Numbered from the stretch's first letter, positions 1 through 12,565 are shown. The stretch: 64,000 nucleotides of DNA from Gammaproteobacteria bacterium (GCA_028825335.1 JAPKAI010000004.1:1614-65613), one strand, 5' to 3'. The notes: generated by a model not told the origin, from the sequence alone. Numbers and translations: made by a program.

Positions 1-571
1 CGGCTACGGCTAGCTCGATATAATTTTGTGCCGCACCTGTGCACCACGCTATGGATCTGATAGGTCTAGAATTTCCTTCTATAGCGAGTGGTAGCCGGTC
101 AAGCTTGTCTGCGATCAGAGATTTCAGTGATTCAAAATTCGTGTCTTCGCTAATAGTCCCTAAAAGGCCTATAGGGTGGTTATTCTGCTTACCTAATTCT
201 CCATCAATTTCTATTCCTAACACCTTCGCCAGCTGCACATTGTTACCAAATTCTCGATGTACATCCAAGGGTAAGTGATAGGCAAATAGACTCAGGTCAT
301 GTTTTAGCAGCGCCTCAATTCGCGTTTTCTTAATACCCGATATCGATTGATCTTCGCCACGCCAAAAATAGCCATGATGTACCAACAAGGCGTCGGCACC
401 TGCTTCTACAGCCGCAGTGATTAGTTCCTGACAGGCAGTTACTCCAGTTACCAGTTTTGATATTTCTTTTTTCCCTTCTACTTGCAGCCCATTCGGGCAG
501 TAGTCTTTGAACTGCTCCGGCCGCAACACTTGTTTTAGTTCAAGTTCAAGCTCTTTCAGGCTAACTGGCAT
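1..571 (-). CDS. ybgI: Nif3-family dinuclear metal-centre protein (YbgI / GTP cyclohydrolase I type 2 homologue); the 3' end runs off the left edge
   Basis: Absent from the ORF track because there is no stop in the window. My translation of the minus strand from ATG (571-569) gives MPVSLKELELELKQVLRPEQFKDYCPNGLQVEGKKEISKLVTGVTACQELITAAVEAGADALLVHHGYFWRGEDQSISGIKKTRIEALLKHDLSLFAYHLPLDVHREFGNNVQLAKVLG... This is colinear with E. coli YbgI, including the VHHGYFW and HLPLD motifs. Confidence 0.85.
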   Translation of the reverse strand, partial: MPVSLKELELELKQVLRPEQFKDYCPNGLQVEGKKEISKLVTGVTACQELITAAVEAGADALLVHHGYFWRGEDQSISGIKKTRIEALLKHDLSLFAYHLPLDVHREFGNNVQLAKVLGIEIDGELGKQNNHPIGLLGTISEDTNFESLKSLIADKLDRLPLAIEGNSRPIRSIAWCTGAAQNYIELAVA

Positions 572-689
572 TGGAATCCACCTTTGCAACGCTGTATATT
601 GGTTTTGCTCAGTAATAATAACACAGTGTTATGCCGATCAAATTCGGCTTTGGTCCGAGCAAGGCAGCAATTTTCAAGGCGGTATCGTG

Positions 690-1814
690 ATGAGCAGCAC
701 AGGCAACCTAATCAAATATATAAGCTGGCCCGCAGTCTGTGGCATCCTGTTAGGCTTGGTAATTCTGCAATATCGGCAGATCGAAAAAATTAGCAATCAG
801 CCCCTGCCTGTCCCAATTAGCGAATCGACAAGCACCACCCCTCTATCTTTCTCCGAAGCAATCGCCCTAGCCGCACCTGCTGTCGTTGCTATAAACGCAA
901 CTAACGTCAATATCGAATCTATTGAGCGAACTTCAGAAGACCGCGTGAATTTGTACCTCGGAGAGAGAGCAAGTCTCGGGTCTGGCGTTGTTGTCAGCGA
1001 GAGTGGATTTATTTTGACCAACCTTCACGTTGTCGACACCCTTTTCGATGCGTTCGATGCACAGGTCACGCTCAACGATGGCAGAAAAATTTCGGCAATG
1101 GTCGTGGCATGGGATGAGGCTAGCGACTTGGCCGTCCTGCATATTAATATGAACAACCTGACCCCTATCAAGATAGGCGACGAAACGTCACTGGACGTAG
1201 GCGATATCGTGTTCGCTATCGGTTACCCACGCAACATCGGCCAGTCCGTCTCGCAGGGAATTATTAGCGCGCTAACTGAAAACTCAGAGAATACTCCCGG
1301 CATCATTCAAACCGATGCGGCTATCAATCCAGGCAATTCCGGAGGCGCTCTCATTAATTCCCGGGGAGAACTCGTAGGTATAAATTCTTCAATATTCTCG
1401 GAGTCGGGCAACTTCGAAGGTATCGGTTTCGCCACTCCAGCTAGCCACGCAATCGCTGCATTTCAGGAAATGGCGGATCAAGCCGTCGAGGCTAACGCAG
1501 GTTATCTGGGCGTGATTACTGGTGAAGCACTGAACGCTCAATCGAGTCAGCTATTCTTCGGTATAGACAATATTCGCGGCATGTTAGTGGAGAGCGTCGA
1601 TGAGGGTGGCGCAGCCGAACGAGCAGGCATACTACCCGGCGACGTCATCACCATGGTCGAGGAGACATCGGTAATAGATGCTCAGAACATCATGATGGAG
1701 GTTCGCAACAAAAAACCTGGCGATTCGATAGACATTCAAATCTACCGCGACGGGCAGAAATTCGTTCTACCTACTACATTGGGATTTGGCCAAGCCATAA
1801 TCATCGAGCCCTAA
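690..1814 (+). CDS. degS: Membrane-anchored HtrA-family serine endoprotease with one PDZ domain (DegS/AlgW-like)
   Basis: N-terminal TM segment (YISWPAVCGILLGLVILQY). Catalytic triad contexts TNLHVV, DLAVLHI and GNSGGALIN. C-terminal PDZ (GMLVESVDEGGAAERAGILPGDVI). Start moved to ATG 690 because the 507 start overlaps ybgI and encodes low-complexity sequence. Confidence 0.85.
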   Translation: MSSTGNLIKYISWPAVCGILLGLVILQYRQIEKISNQPLPVPISESTSTTPLSFSEAIALAAPAVVAINATNVNIESIERTSEDRVNLYLGERASLGSGVVVSESGFILTNLHVVDTLFDAFDAQVTLNDGRKISAMVVAWDEASDLAVLHINMNNLTPIKIGDETSLDVGDIVFAIGYPRNIGQSVSQGIISALTENSENTPGIIQTDAAINPGNSGGALINSRGELVGINSSIFSESGNFEGIGFATPASHAIAAFQEMADQAVEANAGYLGVITGEALNAQSSQLFFGIDNIRGMLVESVDEGGAAERAGILPGDVITMVEETSVIDAQNIMMEVRNKKPGDSIDIQIYRDGQKFVLPTTLGFGQAIIIEP

Positions 1815-1841
1815 CGATTTACGGTAAGTCTCTTGCGCTTT

Positions 1842-3161
1842 CTAACTGTCGGAGCGTTTCCGGCGATACTCGGCAGAAAGGGCATGTGCCTCAAGGTGTT
1901 CGTCTCGCGCAATGATGGATGCGGTACCTGCCAACACATGCGCGCCCGCCTCGGAGCAATTAATAATTGAGCTTCGCTTCTGAAAGTCATACACACCCAA
2001 TGCCGAAAAAAACTTCGCAGAGCCAGAGGTCGGCAAGACGTGACTCGGGCCAGCACAGTAATCACCCAAGGCCTCCGCACTGTAACGACCCATAAAAATT
2101 GCTCCAGCATTGTCGATTGAGTCTAATAATGCATCAGGATCTTCCACAGAAATCTCCAAATGCTCCGGCGCGATGAGATTGCTAACCTGCGCCGCCTCCT
2201 GTAAATCCTTTACCTGAATGAAGATACCTCGGTTACTCATCGATTCGGAGATAATCCCACGCCTGCTCATCGCAGGCAGCAATCTATCGATACTTTTCTT
2301 TACCTCTTCCAGGAAGCTCGCATCACTAGCAATCAATATAGACTGTGCTTGCTCGTCATGTTCCGCTTGAGAGAACAGGTCCATCGCAATCCAATCTGGA
2401 TTCGTCTTACCGTCGCAGATGATCGTAAGCTCGGAGGGGCCAGCTATCATATCGATACCCACTTCGCCGAAGACTAACTTCTTCGCTACGGTAACGAAAA
2501 TATTTCCTGGGCCAGCTATCTTATCCACCTTCTCGATCGTCTGTGTGCCATAGGCGAGAGCCCCTATAGCCTGTGCCCCCCCGATGGTATACAGCTGTGT
2601 GACGCCAGCAAGAGCCGCGGCAGCAAACACGAGCCTTCCTTCCTCACCATAGATAGTGGGAACTGTGGCAGTTATTTCTTTCACACCAGCAACCTGAGCC
2701 GGGATTGCTAACATAAGCATAGACGATGGGTAATTCGCCTTTCCGCCAGGAACATACACACCCACCCGCTTCAGTGGACTTATCTTCTGACCGTAGACTG
2801 AACCGTCGACTTCTTTATAGGTCCATGAATTCTGCTTTTGCTTCTCGTGATAGGTCCTTATTCGCTCGGCAGCATGGGTTAGCGCATCGCGCTGCTCCTT
2901 GGAGATGCTACCCAGAGCTTCCTGCATCAGCTCAGGAGACACCGATAGATCATCCATTGATTCTGCGGCGAAGTCGAATTGATTCGTATATTCCAACACA
3001 GCAGCATCACCTCGAGTCTTTACCTGCTGCAGAATGTCGCTAGCGATAGTAGTGACTTCGCCGGATACAATCATATCGCGCTGCAATAACTTCGCAAGAC
3101 GACCCTCAAAGTCAGGCTCGGATGTATTCAGACGATTAAGAGTAATGTTGTTATTGGACAT
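1842..3161 (-). CDS. hisD: Histidinol dehydrogenase
   Basis: 439 aa, full-length HisD-like (..SQAEHDEQAQSILI.., ..GDYCAGPSHVLPTSG..), located upstream of hisG. Confidence 0.95.
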   Translation of the reverse strand: MSNNNITLNRLNTSEPDFEGRLAKLLQRDMIVSGEVTTIASDILQQVKTRGDAAVLEYTNQFDFAAESMDDLSVSPELMQEALGSISKEQRDALTHAAERIRTYHEKQKQNSWTYKEVDGSVYGQKISPLKRVGVYVPGGKANYPSSMLMLAIPAQVAGVKEITATVPTIYGEEGRLVFAAAALAGVTQLYTIGGAQAIGALAYGTQTIEKVDKIAGPGNIFVTVAKKLVFGEVGIDMIAGPSELTIICDGKTNPDWIAMDLFSQAEHDEQAQSILIASDASFLEEVKKSIDRLLPAMSRRGIISESMSNRGIFIQVKDLQEAAQVSNLIAPEHLEISVEDPDALLDSIDNAGAIFMGRYSAEALGDYCAGPSHVLPTSGSAKFFSALGVYDFQKRSSIINCSEAGAHVLAGTASIIARDEHLEAHALSAEYRRKRSDS

Positions 3162-3222
3162 GATAGTTAGTAATAGTCAGAAGGTGAAAGTCAGGAGGTA
3201 GTTGTCTTCGAAAAAGCGTTCT

Positions 3223-3873
3223 TTAATTCTTGCCCACTGCGTCACCCAGTTGACCCAAAATTTCTCGTATCAGGGCATTCTTAATTTTCATCGATGCCTT
3301 GTTCACTATGATTCGCGAACTAATTTGCGCGATCAACTCGCGCGGCTCCAGACCATTAGCCTTTAGAGTTTTCCCTGTATCAACGATGTCTACAATGGCA
3401 TCGGCCAGACCCATCAATGGGGCCAATTCGAGCGCACCGTTTAGTTTGATAAGATCAATCTGCCTACCCTGCTCTGCAAAATATTTCTTGGCAATATTGG
3501 TAAACTTCGTCGCTACTTTCAACCTACCTTGTACTGGCTTAGCATTGACCGGCCCTGCAGTCATCATCTGGCAGGCTGCTATCTTAAGATCCAATGGCTC
3601 GTAGAACCCCTCATCACCGTACTCAAGCAATAGGTCCTTGCCTACAACTCCCATGTCTGCGCTGCCAAACTCTACATAAGTTGGAACATCACTGCCTCTA
3701 ATCACCATGAGCTTTACGTTCTCTCGATTGGTGTCGAAGATCAATTTTCGACTCTTGCTAATGTTTTCAGTTGGCACAATGCCTGCCTGCTCAAATAAGG
3801 GCAGTACTTCATCCAAGATACGGCCCTTGGTAAGGGCTATGACTAATTGATCAGAGTTCATATTGAATAGCAT
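3223..3873 (-). CDS. hisG: ATP phosphoribosyltransferase, short (HisZ-dependent) form
   Basis: About 212 aa with [13 protein letters not shown].. and [14 protein letters not shown] motifs. The length fits the short HisG type. The start may be the second ATG at 3861. Confidence 0.9.
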   Translation of the reverse strand: MLFNMNSDQLVIALTKGRILDEVLPLFEQAGIVPTENISKSRKLIFDTNRENVKLMVIRGSDVPTYVEFGSADMGVVGKDLLLEYGDEGFYEPLDLKIAACQMMTAGPVNAKPVQGRLKVATKFTNIAKKYFAEQGRQIDLIKLNGALELAPLMGLADAIVDIVDTGKTLKANGLEPRELIAQISSRIIVNKASMKIKNALIREILGQLGDAVGKN

Positions 3874-3948
3874 TTGTTTTGAATAGGTTTTTTAGAAACG
3901 AGCTCATCAGAAGATCTTCTCACAGTATAAACAGATTGCTCACACCCG

Positions 3949-5476
<1,528 letters not shown>

Positions 5477-5490
5477 TCTAATACTCCGAC

Positions 5491-6093
5491 TTACTTCCAG
5501 TTGTCTAACACGGCATCGATATCATCGCCATTCTGATCCATCAACGCTGAAAATTGAGTAAAATACTGCCTGCCCAAATTGATGCCAACCAAGCTTAAAT
5601 TCTTAAGTTTCCACTCATCGTTTTCGTTAAGAAACATTTGATACTGCAGCTCCAGATTGGTATCACCGCCACGCAACTCCATGCGTACTATAGTATCGGC
5701 GCGCGGATCGTCATCTGCATTATTTGATGGAAGGAAGGCTAATTCTTGCCCTTCGTAGGAAACCAATGAGGCACCGTAAAAACGCGTCAACGTTGCCCTT
5801 AATATGTCTGCAAAGCGATCCTTCTGAGCGTCGCTTGCAGATGCGGCATAGCGGTTCATAACTACCACCGCGACAGCATTAAAATCTACTATTGAGTTGA
5901 GCACTTCCTCAATTGCCCCAAAGTAGCTATCTCGATCAGTAAGAAATAGCCCGCGAGATTCCTGAACCGTACTCAATAGGTTCATTACTCCAATCTCAGC
6001 AGTTTCCACAGCCGTGTATTGTTGGCCATAGCTGAGCGCTGGCAACATTCCAACAAAGGCAAGGGCAACTATGAATTTATTCAATGATTTCAT
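5491..6093 (-). CDS. mlaC: Periplasmic phospholipid-binding protein MlaC (Ttg2D family)
   Basis: 200 aa with a signal peptide and MlaC-like core (FNAVAVVVMNRY...RFADILRATLTRFYG...WKLKNLSLVGINLG). Position matches the mla operon of E. coli and Pseudomonas. Confidence 0.8.
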   Translation of the reverse strand: MKSLNKFIVALAFVGMLPALSYGQQYTAVETAEIGVMNLLSTVQESRGLFLTDRDSYFGAIEEVLNSIVDFNAVAVVVMNRYAASASDAQKDRFADILRATLTRFYGASLVSYEGQELAFLPSNNADDDPRADTIVRMELRGGDTNLELQYQMFLNENDEWKLKNLSLVGINLGRQYFTQFSALMDQNGDDIDAVLDNWK

Positions 6094-6313
6094 TTGCTTA
6101 TCCTTAATCGTTACCCTAAGCCAAGTCCTAGAACCCGCTACAGGGATACCTACAGCACCAAAGTACAGAAAATGAGCTGAATTCAGACTGAACCTCTATA
6201 GAGCAGATGGGCAGTTTACATGAAATGGGCAGTTCAATAAATTATTACTTGCAAAGCTCTCCAAAGAATCTTCTAATTGGCCGCTTCTTCTCGGCATTAA
6301 GAATACTTCGTAT

Positions 6314-7267
6314 ATGTTCCTCGACACGGTCATCATCGTTCTCGGATTTATTGGTCTAATCTGGGGAGCAGACAAATTTGTGTTTGGCGCGTCAGTCCTC
6401 GCGCGACACTTTGGGGTTTCCCCGTTGATGATAGGCCTTACTATTGTTGCCTTTGGCACGTCGGCCCCTGAGATTTTTTCTTCCGCTGTTTCAGCACTCA
6501 ATGACAAACCCGAGTTGGCAGTCGGTAATGCGCTGGGCTCCAACCTTTTCAATATCGGAGTGGCTCTAGGCGTTGCCGCAATGATTAGCCCCCTTAAGCC
6601 ACCTAAGTCGCTAGTCAGTAAAGAAATTCCAGCGCTGCTTCTCGTCACCTTCGTTACCGGCATTTTGTTTTTAGACCTGTTCCTTGGCGTATTCGACGCC
6701 GTGGTCTTCATAGCCATTACCATCTATTTTGGCTATAGATTATTCCGCAAGAAAGTTAAGACAGGATCGCCACCGGATCTCAACGACGAAAATATCGGCG
6801 AAGTAAATAGCCTGCAAGCTGCTGCCTATATGGTATTAGGGCTGGCACTCTTGGTATTGAGTGCAGAGGCACTCGTGGCAGCCGCCATATCTATCGCCGA
6901 ATCGCTTGGCGTCTCAACGGCAATCATCGGCCTTACCGCCGTCGCTCTCGGCACGAGTCTTCCCGAATTGGCCGCATCGGTGACCTGCGTTCTGAAAGGG
7001 CATCATGACCTTGCGATTGGCAATATTGTTGGATCGAACATTCTAAATTTGCTCGCAGTACTTCCTTTTCCTGGTTTATTTGCCGCAGGCGCGATCGAAC
7101 CCGCTCTCCTCTATCGAGACTTTACTGGCGTACTAATACTTACTCTCATGTTGGCCTACTTCTGCTATACAGGTGTCAAGAAGGGTAAGATGATCAGCCG
7201 ATTCAATGGCGCCGTTTTCATGTCGCTCTATCTTGGCTGGTTTAGCGTCATGCTTTACCAGATTTAA
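6314..7267 (+). CDS. yrbG: Ca2+/Na+ antiporter family inner-membrane protein (YrbG)
   Basis: 317 aa polytopic protein with two alpha-repeats (GTSAPE..GNALGSNLFNIG and GTSLPEL..GNIVGSNILN). Conserved position before kdsD. Confidence 0.85.
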   Translation: MFLDTVIIVLGFIGLIWGADKFVFGASVLARHFGVSPLMIGLTIVAFGTSAPEIFSSAVSALNDKPELAVGNALGSNLFNIGVALGVAAMISPLKPPKSLVSKEIPALLLVTFVTGILFLDLFLGVFDAVVFIAITIYFGYRLFRKKVKTGSPPDLNDENIGEVNSLQAAAYMVLGLALLVLSAEALVAAAISIAESLGVSTAIIGLTAVALGTSLPELAASVTCVLKGHHDLAIGNIVGSNILNLLAVLPFPGLFAAGAIEPALLYRDFTGVLILTLMLAYFCYTGVKKGKMISRFNGAVFMSLYLGWFSVMLYQI

Positions 7268-7322
7268 ACAGACTCTCTCTAAAGTAGTCTGACGCACTCG
7301 CCTAAGGTATGATCTGATCACT

Positions 7323-8297
7323 ATGAACTCCGATTCCCCCCTCATTTTCAGTGCTCTTAGAACTATAGAGATAGAGAGCCGAGCCGTCAGTGAACTGCTC
7401 AATCGTATCGATGCTGACTTCGTAAAGGCCTGCGAGATTATATTGGCCTGCGAAGGGCGTGCAGTGGTGATCGGCATGGGCAAATCTGGTCATATTGGCA
7501 AGAAAATAGCCGCCACGCTTGCCAGTACCGGCACGGCAGCCATGTACGTGCACCCAGCCGAGGCGAGCCACGGCGATATAGGCATGATAACGGCCCATGA
7601 TGTTGTACTCGCGATATCCAATTCAGGCACCACCGGGGAAATATTATCTCTGCTGCCGGTACTGAAGCGAAAAGGCATTCCTCTAGTCAGCCTCACAGGC
7701 GATAAGCAATCTGAACTGGCCAAGGCCGCATCGGCAAACCTGGATGCTGCAGTGGAAGAGGAAGCCTGCCCGCTCGGGCTAGCTCCAACATCAAGCACAA
7801 CTGCTGCACTAGTACTTGGCGATGCATTAGCAATGGCCTTGCTGGAAGCTCGCGGCTTTACCCGTGATGACTTTGCCATCTCTCACCCAGGTGGAAATCT
7901 TGGCAGACGCCTCTTAGTAAAGGTACGAGATGTTATGCACTCTGGCGATGCTATTCCGAAAGTCATGACCGGCACATCTCTGCCTGAAGCATTGCTTGAA
8001 ATGAGCAGCAAAGGCTTTGGCCTAACAACCATAATAGGTAAAAGCGGAAATCTTCTAGGCGTTTTCTCGGATGGAGATTTACGACGCACGATAGACTCTG
8101 GCAAGGATATACAAAAAATCACCATCGACGAGGTTATGTCGCCAAGTTTTAAATACATTGACGCCAATGCCCTTGCGGCGGAAGCCGCCAAGATAATGCA
8201 AGAGTCGAATGTATATGTGCTCATCGTTAAGAGCGAGTCTCAACCGGTAGAGGGCATGCTCAAAATGCATGACCTACTCCAGTCGAATGTAGTTTAG
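7323..8297 (+). CDS. kdsD: Arabinose-5-phosphate isomerase (SIS domain plus tandem CBS)
   Basis: 324 aa; GMGKSGHIGKKIAATLASTG SIS motif and a C-terminal CBS pair. Confidence 0.9.
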   Translation: MNSDSPLIFSALRTIEIESRAVSELLNRIDADFVKACEIILACEGRAVVIGMGKSGHIGKKIAATLASTGTAAMYVHPAEASHGDIGMITAHDVVLAISNSGTTGEILSLLPVLKRKGIPLVSLTGDKQSELAKAASANLDAAVEEEACPLGLAPTSSTTAALVLGDALAMALLEARGFTRDDFAISHPGGNLGRRLLVKVRDVMHSGDAIPKVMTGTSLPEALLEMSSKGFGLTTIIGKSGNLLGVFSDGDLRRTIDSGKDIQKITIDEVMSPSFKYIDANALAAEAAKIMQESNVYVLIVKSESQPVEGMLKMHDLLQSNVV

Positions 8298-8302
8298 CCT
8301 GG

Positions 8303-8827
8303 ATGAATTCCATGATTTTTAGTAAAAGTGAAGAACAGGCAATCGAATCTGCCAGCAAGATTAGACTATTGCTACTCGATGTTGATGGCATCCTCACCGA
8401 TGGCAGGCTCTATTTCTCCAATTCCGGAGAGGAAAGTAAAGCCTTCCACAGCCTAGATGGCCACGGCATTAAAATGCTGATGCACGCCGGCATACCTGTC
8501 GGAATTATCACTGGAAGAGAATCAAATATCGTTGCTAAGCGCGCCGCCGATTTGGGCATAGATATCCTTTATCAGGGCCGCGAAGATAAAATCGATGTCC
8601 TCAAAGAAATAATTGCTAATAAAGAAATTGAAGCACACGCTATTGCTTATGCAGGAGACGACCTGCCTGACCTGCCAGTGCTACAAGCCGTTGGATTAAG
8701 CTTTTCAGTTCCTGGCGCGCACCCCGATGTAAAAAGGGCTGTAAACGCTATCACCACTCGTTCTGGCGGCGAGGGTGCTGTCAGGGAAATCACCGATTTC
8801 ATCATAAACGCACAAGCCAATCACTAG
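8303..8827 (+). CDS. kdsC: 3-deoxy-D-manno-octulosonate 8-phosphate phosphatase
   Basis: 174 aa HAD protein; LLLLDVDGILTDG and GDDLPDL motifs. Confidence 0.9.
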   Translation: MNSMIFSKSEEQAIESASKIRLLLLDVDGILTDGRLYFSNSGEESKAFHSLDGHGIKMLMHAGIPVGIITGRESNIVAKRAADLGIDILYQGREDKIDVLKEIIANKEIEAHAIAYAGDDLPDLPVLQAVGLSFSVPGAHPDVKRAVNAITTRSGGEGAVREITDFIINAQANH

Positions 8828-8938
8828 CCTTTTCTCAGCGCTAGAGCCCAATGACTCGCCCGACAATTTGGACCACCAAAGCAACAAATTCGTGTTAGGC
8901 TTCAACTACTTGCAAAAAATTCCAAGCGCTAAAAATTT

Positions 8939-9526
8939 ATGCAAAGGATAGGCCTTATCATTGTTCCAGGAATAATCGCGATAGCCCTGTTCGTCGGTAT
9001 AAATTCGTTTGATACCTTGAGCAATGAAGCAGACGCTCCCATTACCAACTCAAGCCTAGATTTCAATGCTTATTCCGAAGGCATCAATACAATACTTTAC
9101 GATACCCAAGGCAATATAAACTACACACTACAGGCAGAGCGCCAAGTTCACTACAATGATGACAGCACTGAATTTGAAAAGCCGTTTATTCGTCTGTACC
9201 AAGATGGCGATTCGCACTGGAGCATCGCAGCAAACTCCGGCAGGATTCCAGCCGTCGAAACGACCGCCGACGGGGCGCTCGAAAAGATAGAACTACTCGG
9301 TGATGTTCAAGTCTACAGTCTCGATGATTTCGGCAATAGAACGTTGATGTCCACTGAATTCCTAACGCTGAACACCCAGGCAGAAATCCTAGAGACCGAC
9401 CAGCCAGTGTCAGTTGTAACCTCTGCGTTTCAACTATCGTCTATAGGCATGATAGCCAAGCTCAGAACTGACGAAATCACCTTCCTGCGTGAAATTAGAG
9501 GCCGGTATGAACAAGCGACAAATTAG
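8939..9526 (+). CDS. lptC: LPS export protein LptC
   Basis: 195 aa with a single N-terminal TM anchor. Position between kdsC and lptA. Confidence 0.75.
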   Translation: MQRIGLIIVPGIIAIALFVGINSFDTLSNEADAPITNSSLDFNAYSEGINTILYDTQGNINYTLQAERQVHYNDDSTEFEKPFIRLYQDGDSHWSIAANSGRIPAVETTADGALEKIELLGDVQVYSLDDFGNRTLMSTEFLTLNTQAEILETDQPVSVVTSAFQLSSIGMIAKLRTDEITFLREIRGRYEQATN

Positions 9527-10037
9527 AGGCACCTCCCCATCGATGCTGGCATTGATCATCACCCTTGGCTGCCTGTCTATTACAAGTTCTTTCTCTCTAG
9601 AGGCCGACAAGGACCAGGAATTACTGGTAAGTGCAGACGGCGGTTCGCGCATGAGCATAATAGGCGATATCCGTTTAATGGAGATGTCTGAGAACGTTAT
9701 AATTACGCGAGGCACTATGGAAATCCGCGGGGACACGGCCACAATCGAAACCATTATGAGTAGCGGAGAAGTTAGCAAGGTTACTGTAGTTGGAACCCCG
9801 GTGTACTATCAGCAGCAGCTCGATTCTAGCGATGAACCGGTGAAGGGCTCCAGCAACAGCATCACGTTCTACTCTGACGAAGACAATGGCGCTACTATTG
9901 TCGAACTCGTTGGGGAAGCCGTCATTGAATCGCCTAGCTCTAATTTCAAATGCAGCGCGATCACTTACATCGCCGAGCTAGACCTCATGCGCGATTCGCA
10001 AGGCCCTTGCAGCGGCGAATTTAACACCTCGAATTGA
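9507..10037 (+). CDS. lptA: LPS transport periplasmic protein LptA (OstA-like)
   Basis: Signal peptide followed by a beta-jellyroll-like sequence. Conserved position. The track ORF begins at 9489; ATG 9507 (MNKRQIR..) gives a better signal peptide. Confidence 0.75.
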   Translation: MNKRQIRGTSPSMLALIITLGCLSITSSFSLEADKDQELLVSADGGSRMSIIGDIRLMEMSENVIITRGTMEIRGDTATIETIMSSGEVSKVTVVGTPVYYQQQLDSSDEPVKGSSNSITFYSDEDNGATIVELVGEAVIESPSSNFKCSAITYIAELDLMRDSQGPCSGEFNTSN

Positions 10038-10044
10038 TAATAAT

Positions 10045-10764
10045 ATGTTAGAAGCCCAAAACCTTGCCAAAAGCTATAAGAAAAGAGAAGTCGTGCGCGA
10101 TGTCTCCATTTCTATACGGCAGGGTGAAATAGTAGGACTGTTAGGTCCCAACGGAGCTGGCAAGACCACCTGCTTCTATATGATTGTAGGACTGCTCCCT
10201 GCCGATAACGGTAAGGTACTGCTTGGAAATGACGACATCACCGATGCCCCTATGCATCAACGAGCCAGCCATGGCCTCGCCTATCTTCCGCAGGACTCTT
10301 CCATCTTTCGTACGCTGAGCGTTGAAGATAATATTTTTGCTATTTTAGAAACGCGCAAAGACCTTAGTAGCGCCGAGAAGCGAAGCAAACTGGAATCACT
10401 ACTTGAAGAATTCAACATACAACATATTCGGCACAACAAGGGCATGAGCCTTTCTGGTGGTGAGCGCAGAAGAACAGAGATTGCGCGAACGTTAGCTACC
10501 GATCCAAAATTTATTTTATTGGACGAACCATTCGCTGGAGTGGATCCGATTTCCGTGAGCGATATCAAGCAGATTATTCAACAGCTTAAGGCTCGCAACA
10601 TCGGCATACTCCTCACTGATCATAATGTTCGCGAAACCTTAGACATTTGCGAAAAGGCTTACATCGTGAGCGAAGGGAAAATCATCGCCGAAGGAAATGC
10701 CGCGGCCATCCTTTCTAATAAAAAAGTGAGAGAAGTTTACCTAGGCGATCACTTTCAAATATAG
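10045..10764 (+). CDS. lptB: LPS export ABC transporter ATP-binding protein LptB
   Basis: 239 aa; Walker [10 protein letters not shown], signature LSGGERRR, Walker B ILLDEP. Confidence 0.95.
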   Translation: MLEAQNLAKSYKKREVVRDVSISIRQGEIVGLLGPNGAGKTTCFYMIVGLLPADNGKVLLGNDDITDAPMHQRASHGLAYLPQDSSIFRTLSVEDNIFAILETRKDLSSAEKRSKLESLLEEFNIQHIRHNKGMSLSGGERRRTEIARTLATDPKFILLDEPFAGVDPISVSDIKQIIQQLKARNIGILLTDHNVRETLDICEKAYIVSEGKIIAEGNAAAILSNKKVREVYLGDHFQI

Positions 10765-10980
10765 CTATTTTTGTTAAAACAAGCTTCCTCAGATAATCTT
10801 AAATCCATTTCTAAAAAATCAAATTCAGTCAACAAAAATCGCGTCGCAAATACTTGCCGAAAAGGCTATGCAAAGCAGGCATGAATCTTGCTATACTCGC
10901 TAATTCTTTCGCCAGTTAGCCGGCTCCATGAGCCTTAGAGTATTATTAATTTTTCCACTCGGTCTTAAGATGCATTCCTC

Positions 10981-12492
10981 ATGAAACTTTCGCTTCAGCT
11001 CAAGCTCGGTCAGCAACTGACCATGACTCCTCAGCTGCAGCAAGCTATTCGACTTCTGCAACTCTCAACACTCGACCTTCAGCAAGAAATTCACCAAGCG
11101 CTAGAATCCAATCCGATGTTGGAGCTAATCGAAAATGGCGAAGATGATGATGTCCCAGCCCCAGCAGATAGCTCTACAACCACAGACCCGAAAGCAGCCA
11201 AAGAAGCTGAATCTAGCATTACTACCAGAGACAACACCGAATTAAATGGTGACGACAACGACTGGCAAAACGATATCTCTAGTGACCTTGGCGTAGATAC
11301 GCATTGGGATGACATCTACCCAGGCACCTCCTCACAATCGAGCTCTTTCGACGGAGACTCCACTGACTTCGAGTCTCGAACCAGCGCCGAAGGCACACTG
11401 CAAGACCATCTTCTGTGGCAGCTCAATCTAACCCATATGTCTGAACAGGACGCTTCGATTGCGCTCGCAATTATCGATGCGATCGATACCAACGGCATGC
11501 TCACTACCGATCTCGAATCGATACACAGCGGCTTCGATAGCGACTTAGAAATAGAAATCGATGAGATAGTCGCCGTACTCCACCGCATCCAGCAGTTCGA
11601 TCCTATTGGCGTCGGTTATAGGAACCTTTCCGAATGCCTCATGCTACAACTTGCACAGATCAATTCCCAAGAGAATGAGAAAGCCGTTAGAAATGCCAAG
11701 CTAGTGATCAGCGAGCACATAGATCTTCTTGGCAATCGCGACTACGCGCAGCTTATGCGACGAACGAAGCTTAAAGAGGCCGAGTTAAGCGAGGCAATTA
11801 CCATTGTAGAGAGCTTAAATCCTAGACCGGGATCGAGTATCTGCCCGCCTTCGACTAGCTATGTAGTGCCAGACGTGATCGTGAGCAAGGACAGCACTTC
11901 GGGAAAATGGAAAGTCGAGCTAAACCCCGAAACAGCGCCAAAAATCCGCATCAACAGCGGTTATGCCTCTCTCGTAAAGCGGGCTGACACCAGTAATGAT
12001 AATAATTATTTGCGCAACAATTTGCAGGAGGCCAAGTGGTTCATCAAGAGCCTGCAGAGTCGCAACGAAACATTGATGAAGGTATCTACACGCATAGTCG
12101 AACACCAAAAGGATTTCCTCGAGTATGGCGAAGAAGCGATGAAACCGTTAGTGCTCCACGAAATCGCCGAGGCAGTTAGTATGCACGAATCAACAATTTC
12201 GCGCGTCACTACTCAGAAATACATGCACACACCCAGAGGTATCTTCGAGTTAAAATACTTCTTCTCTAGCCACGTTTCCACCAAGGGCGGCGGCGAGTGC
12301 TCTTCCACGGCAATTCGGGCGATAATACGTAAACTGATCGCTGCGGAGAATACCAAAAAGCCGCTGAGTGATAGTAAAATAACCAATCTATTAGAAGAGA
12401 AAGGCATCAACGTGGCTAGACGCACTATTGCCAAATATCGAGAGTCTCTCGCTATCCCCCCTTCTAACGAGCGCAAGCGACTGGCAAGCTAA
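10981..12492 (+). CDS. rpoN: RNA polymerase sigma-54 factor
   Basis: 503 aa; Gln/Leu-rich region I ([29 protein letters not shown]), acidic region II, and RpoN box [10 protein letters not shown]. Confidence 0.95.
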   Translation: MKLSLQLKLGQQLTMTPQLQQAIRLLQLSTLDLQQEIHQALESNPMLELIENGEDDDVPAPADSSTTTDPKAAKEAESSITTRDNTELNGDDNDWQNDISSDLGVDTHWDDIYPGTSSQSSSFDGDSTDFESRTSAEGTLQDHLLWQLNLTHMSEQDASIALAIIDAIDTNGMLTTDLESIHSGFDSDLEIEIDEIVAVLHRIQQFDPIGVGYRNLSECLMLQLAQINSQENEKAVRNAKLVISEHIDLLGNRDYAQLMRRTKLKEAELSEAITIVESLNPRPGSSICPPSTSYVVPDVIVSKDSTSGKWKVELNPETAPKIRINSGYASLVKRADTSNDNNYLRNNLQEAKWFIKSLQSRNETLMKVSTRIVEHQKDFLEYGEEAMKPLVLHEIAEAVSMHESTISRVTTQKYMHTPRGIFELKYFFSSHVSTKGGGECSSTAIRAIIRKLIAAENTKKPLSDSKITNLLEEKGINVARRTIAKYRESLAIPPSNERKRLAS

Positions 12493-12565
12493 AGCACCTA
12501 ACCAGAAGATCTACCCAAACCAAAGCAGTCATCAGCAATCACCAAGAACCAGAGAACGTATAGCA

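Noticed and set aside
39-278. 79-aa plus-strand ORF
   Set aside because: It lies antisense within the clearly recognisable ybgI coding sequence, so it is a shadow frame.
507-689. N-terminal 61 codons of track ORF 507-1814, which would give a 435-aa DegS
   Set aside because: This part overlaps the ybgI start on the other strand and is Ser/Cys-rich with no homology features. The membrane anchor and protease domain begin at ATG 690.
6196-6723. 175-aa minus-strand ORF
   Set aside because: Antisense to the well-supported yrbG antiporter gene, with a low-complexity Ser/Thr/Arg-rich translation.
12428-12565. Long version of ptsN starting inside rpoN
   Set aside because: The extension has no PtsN similarity and overlaps rpoN. 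ATG 12566 gives a canonical 149-aa EIIA-Ntr.
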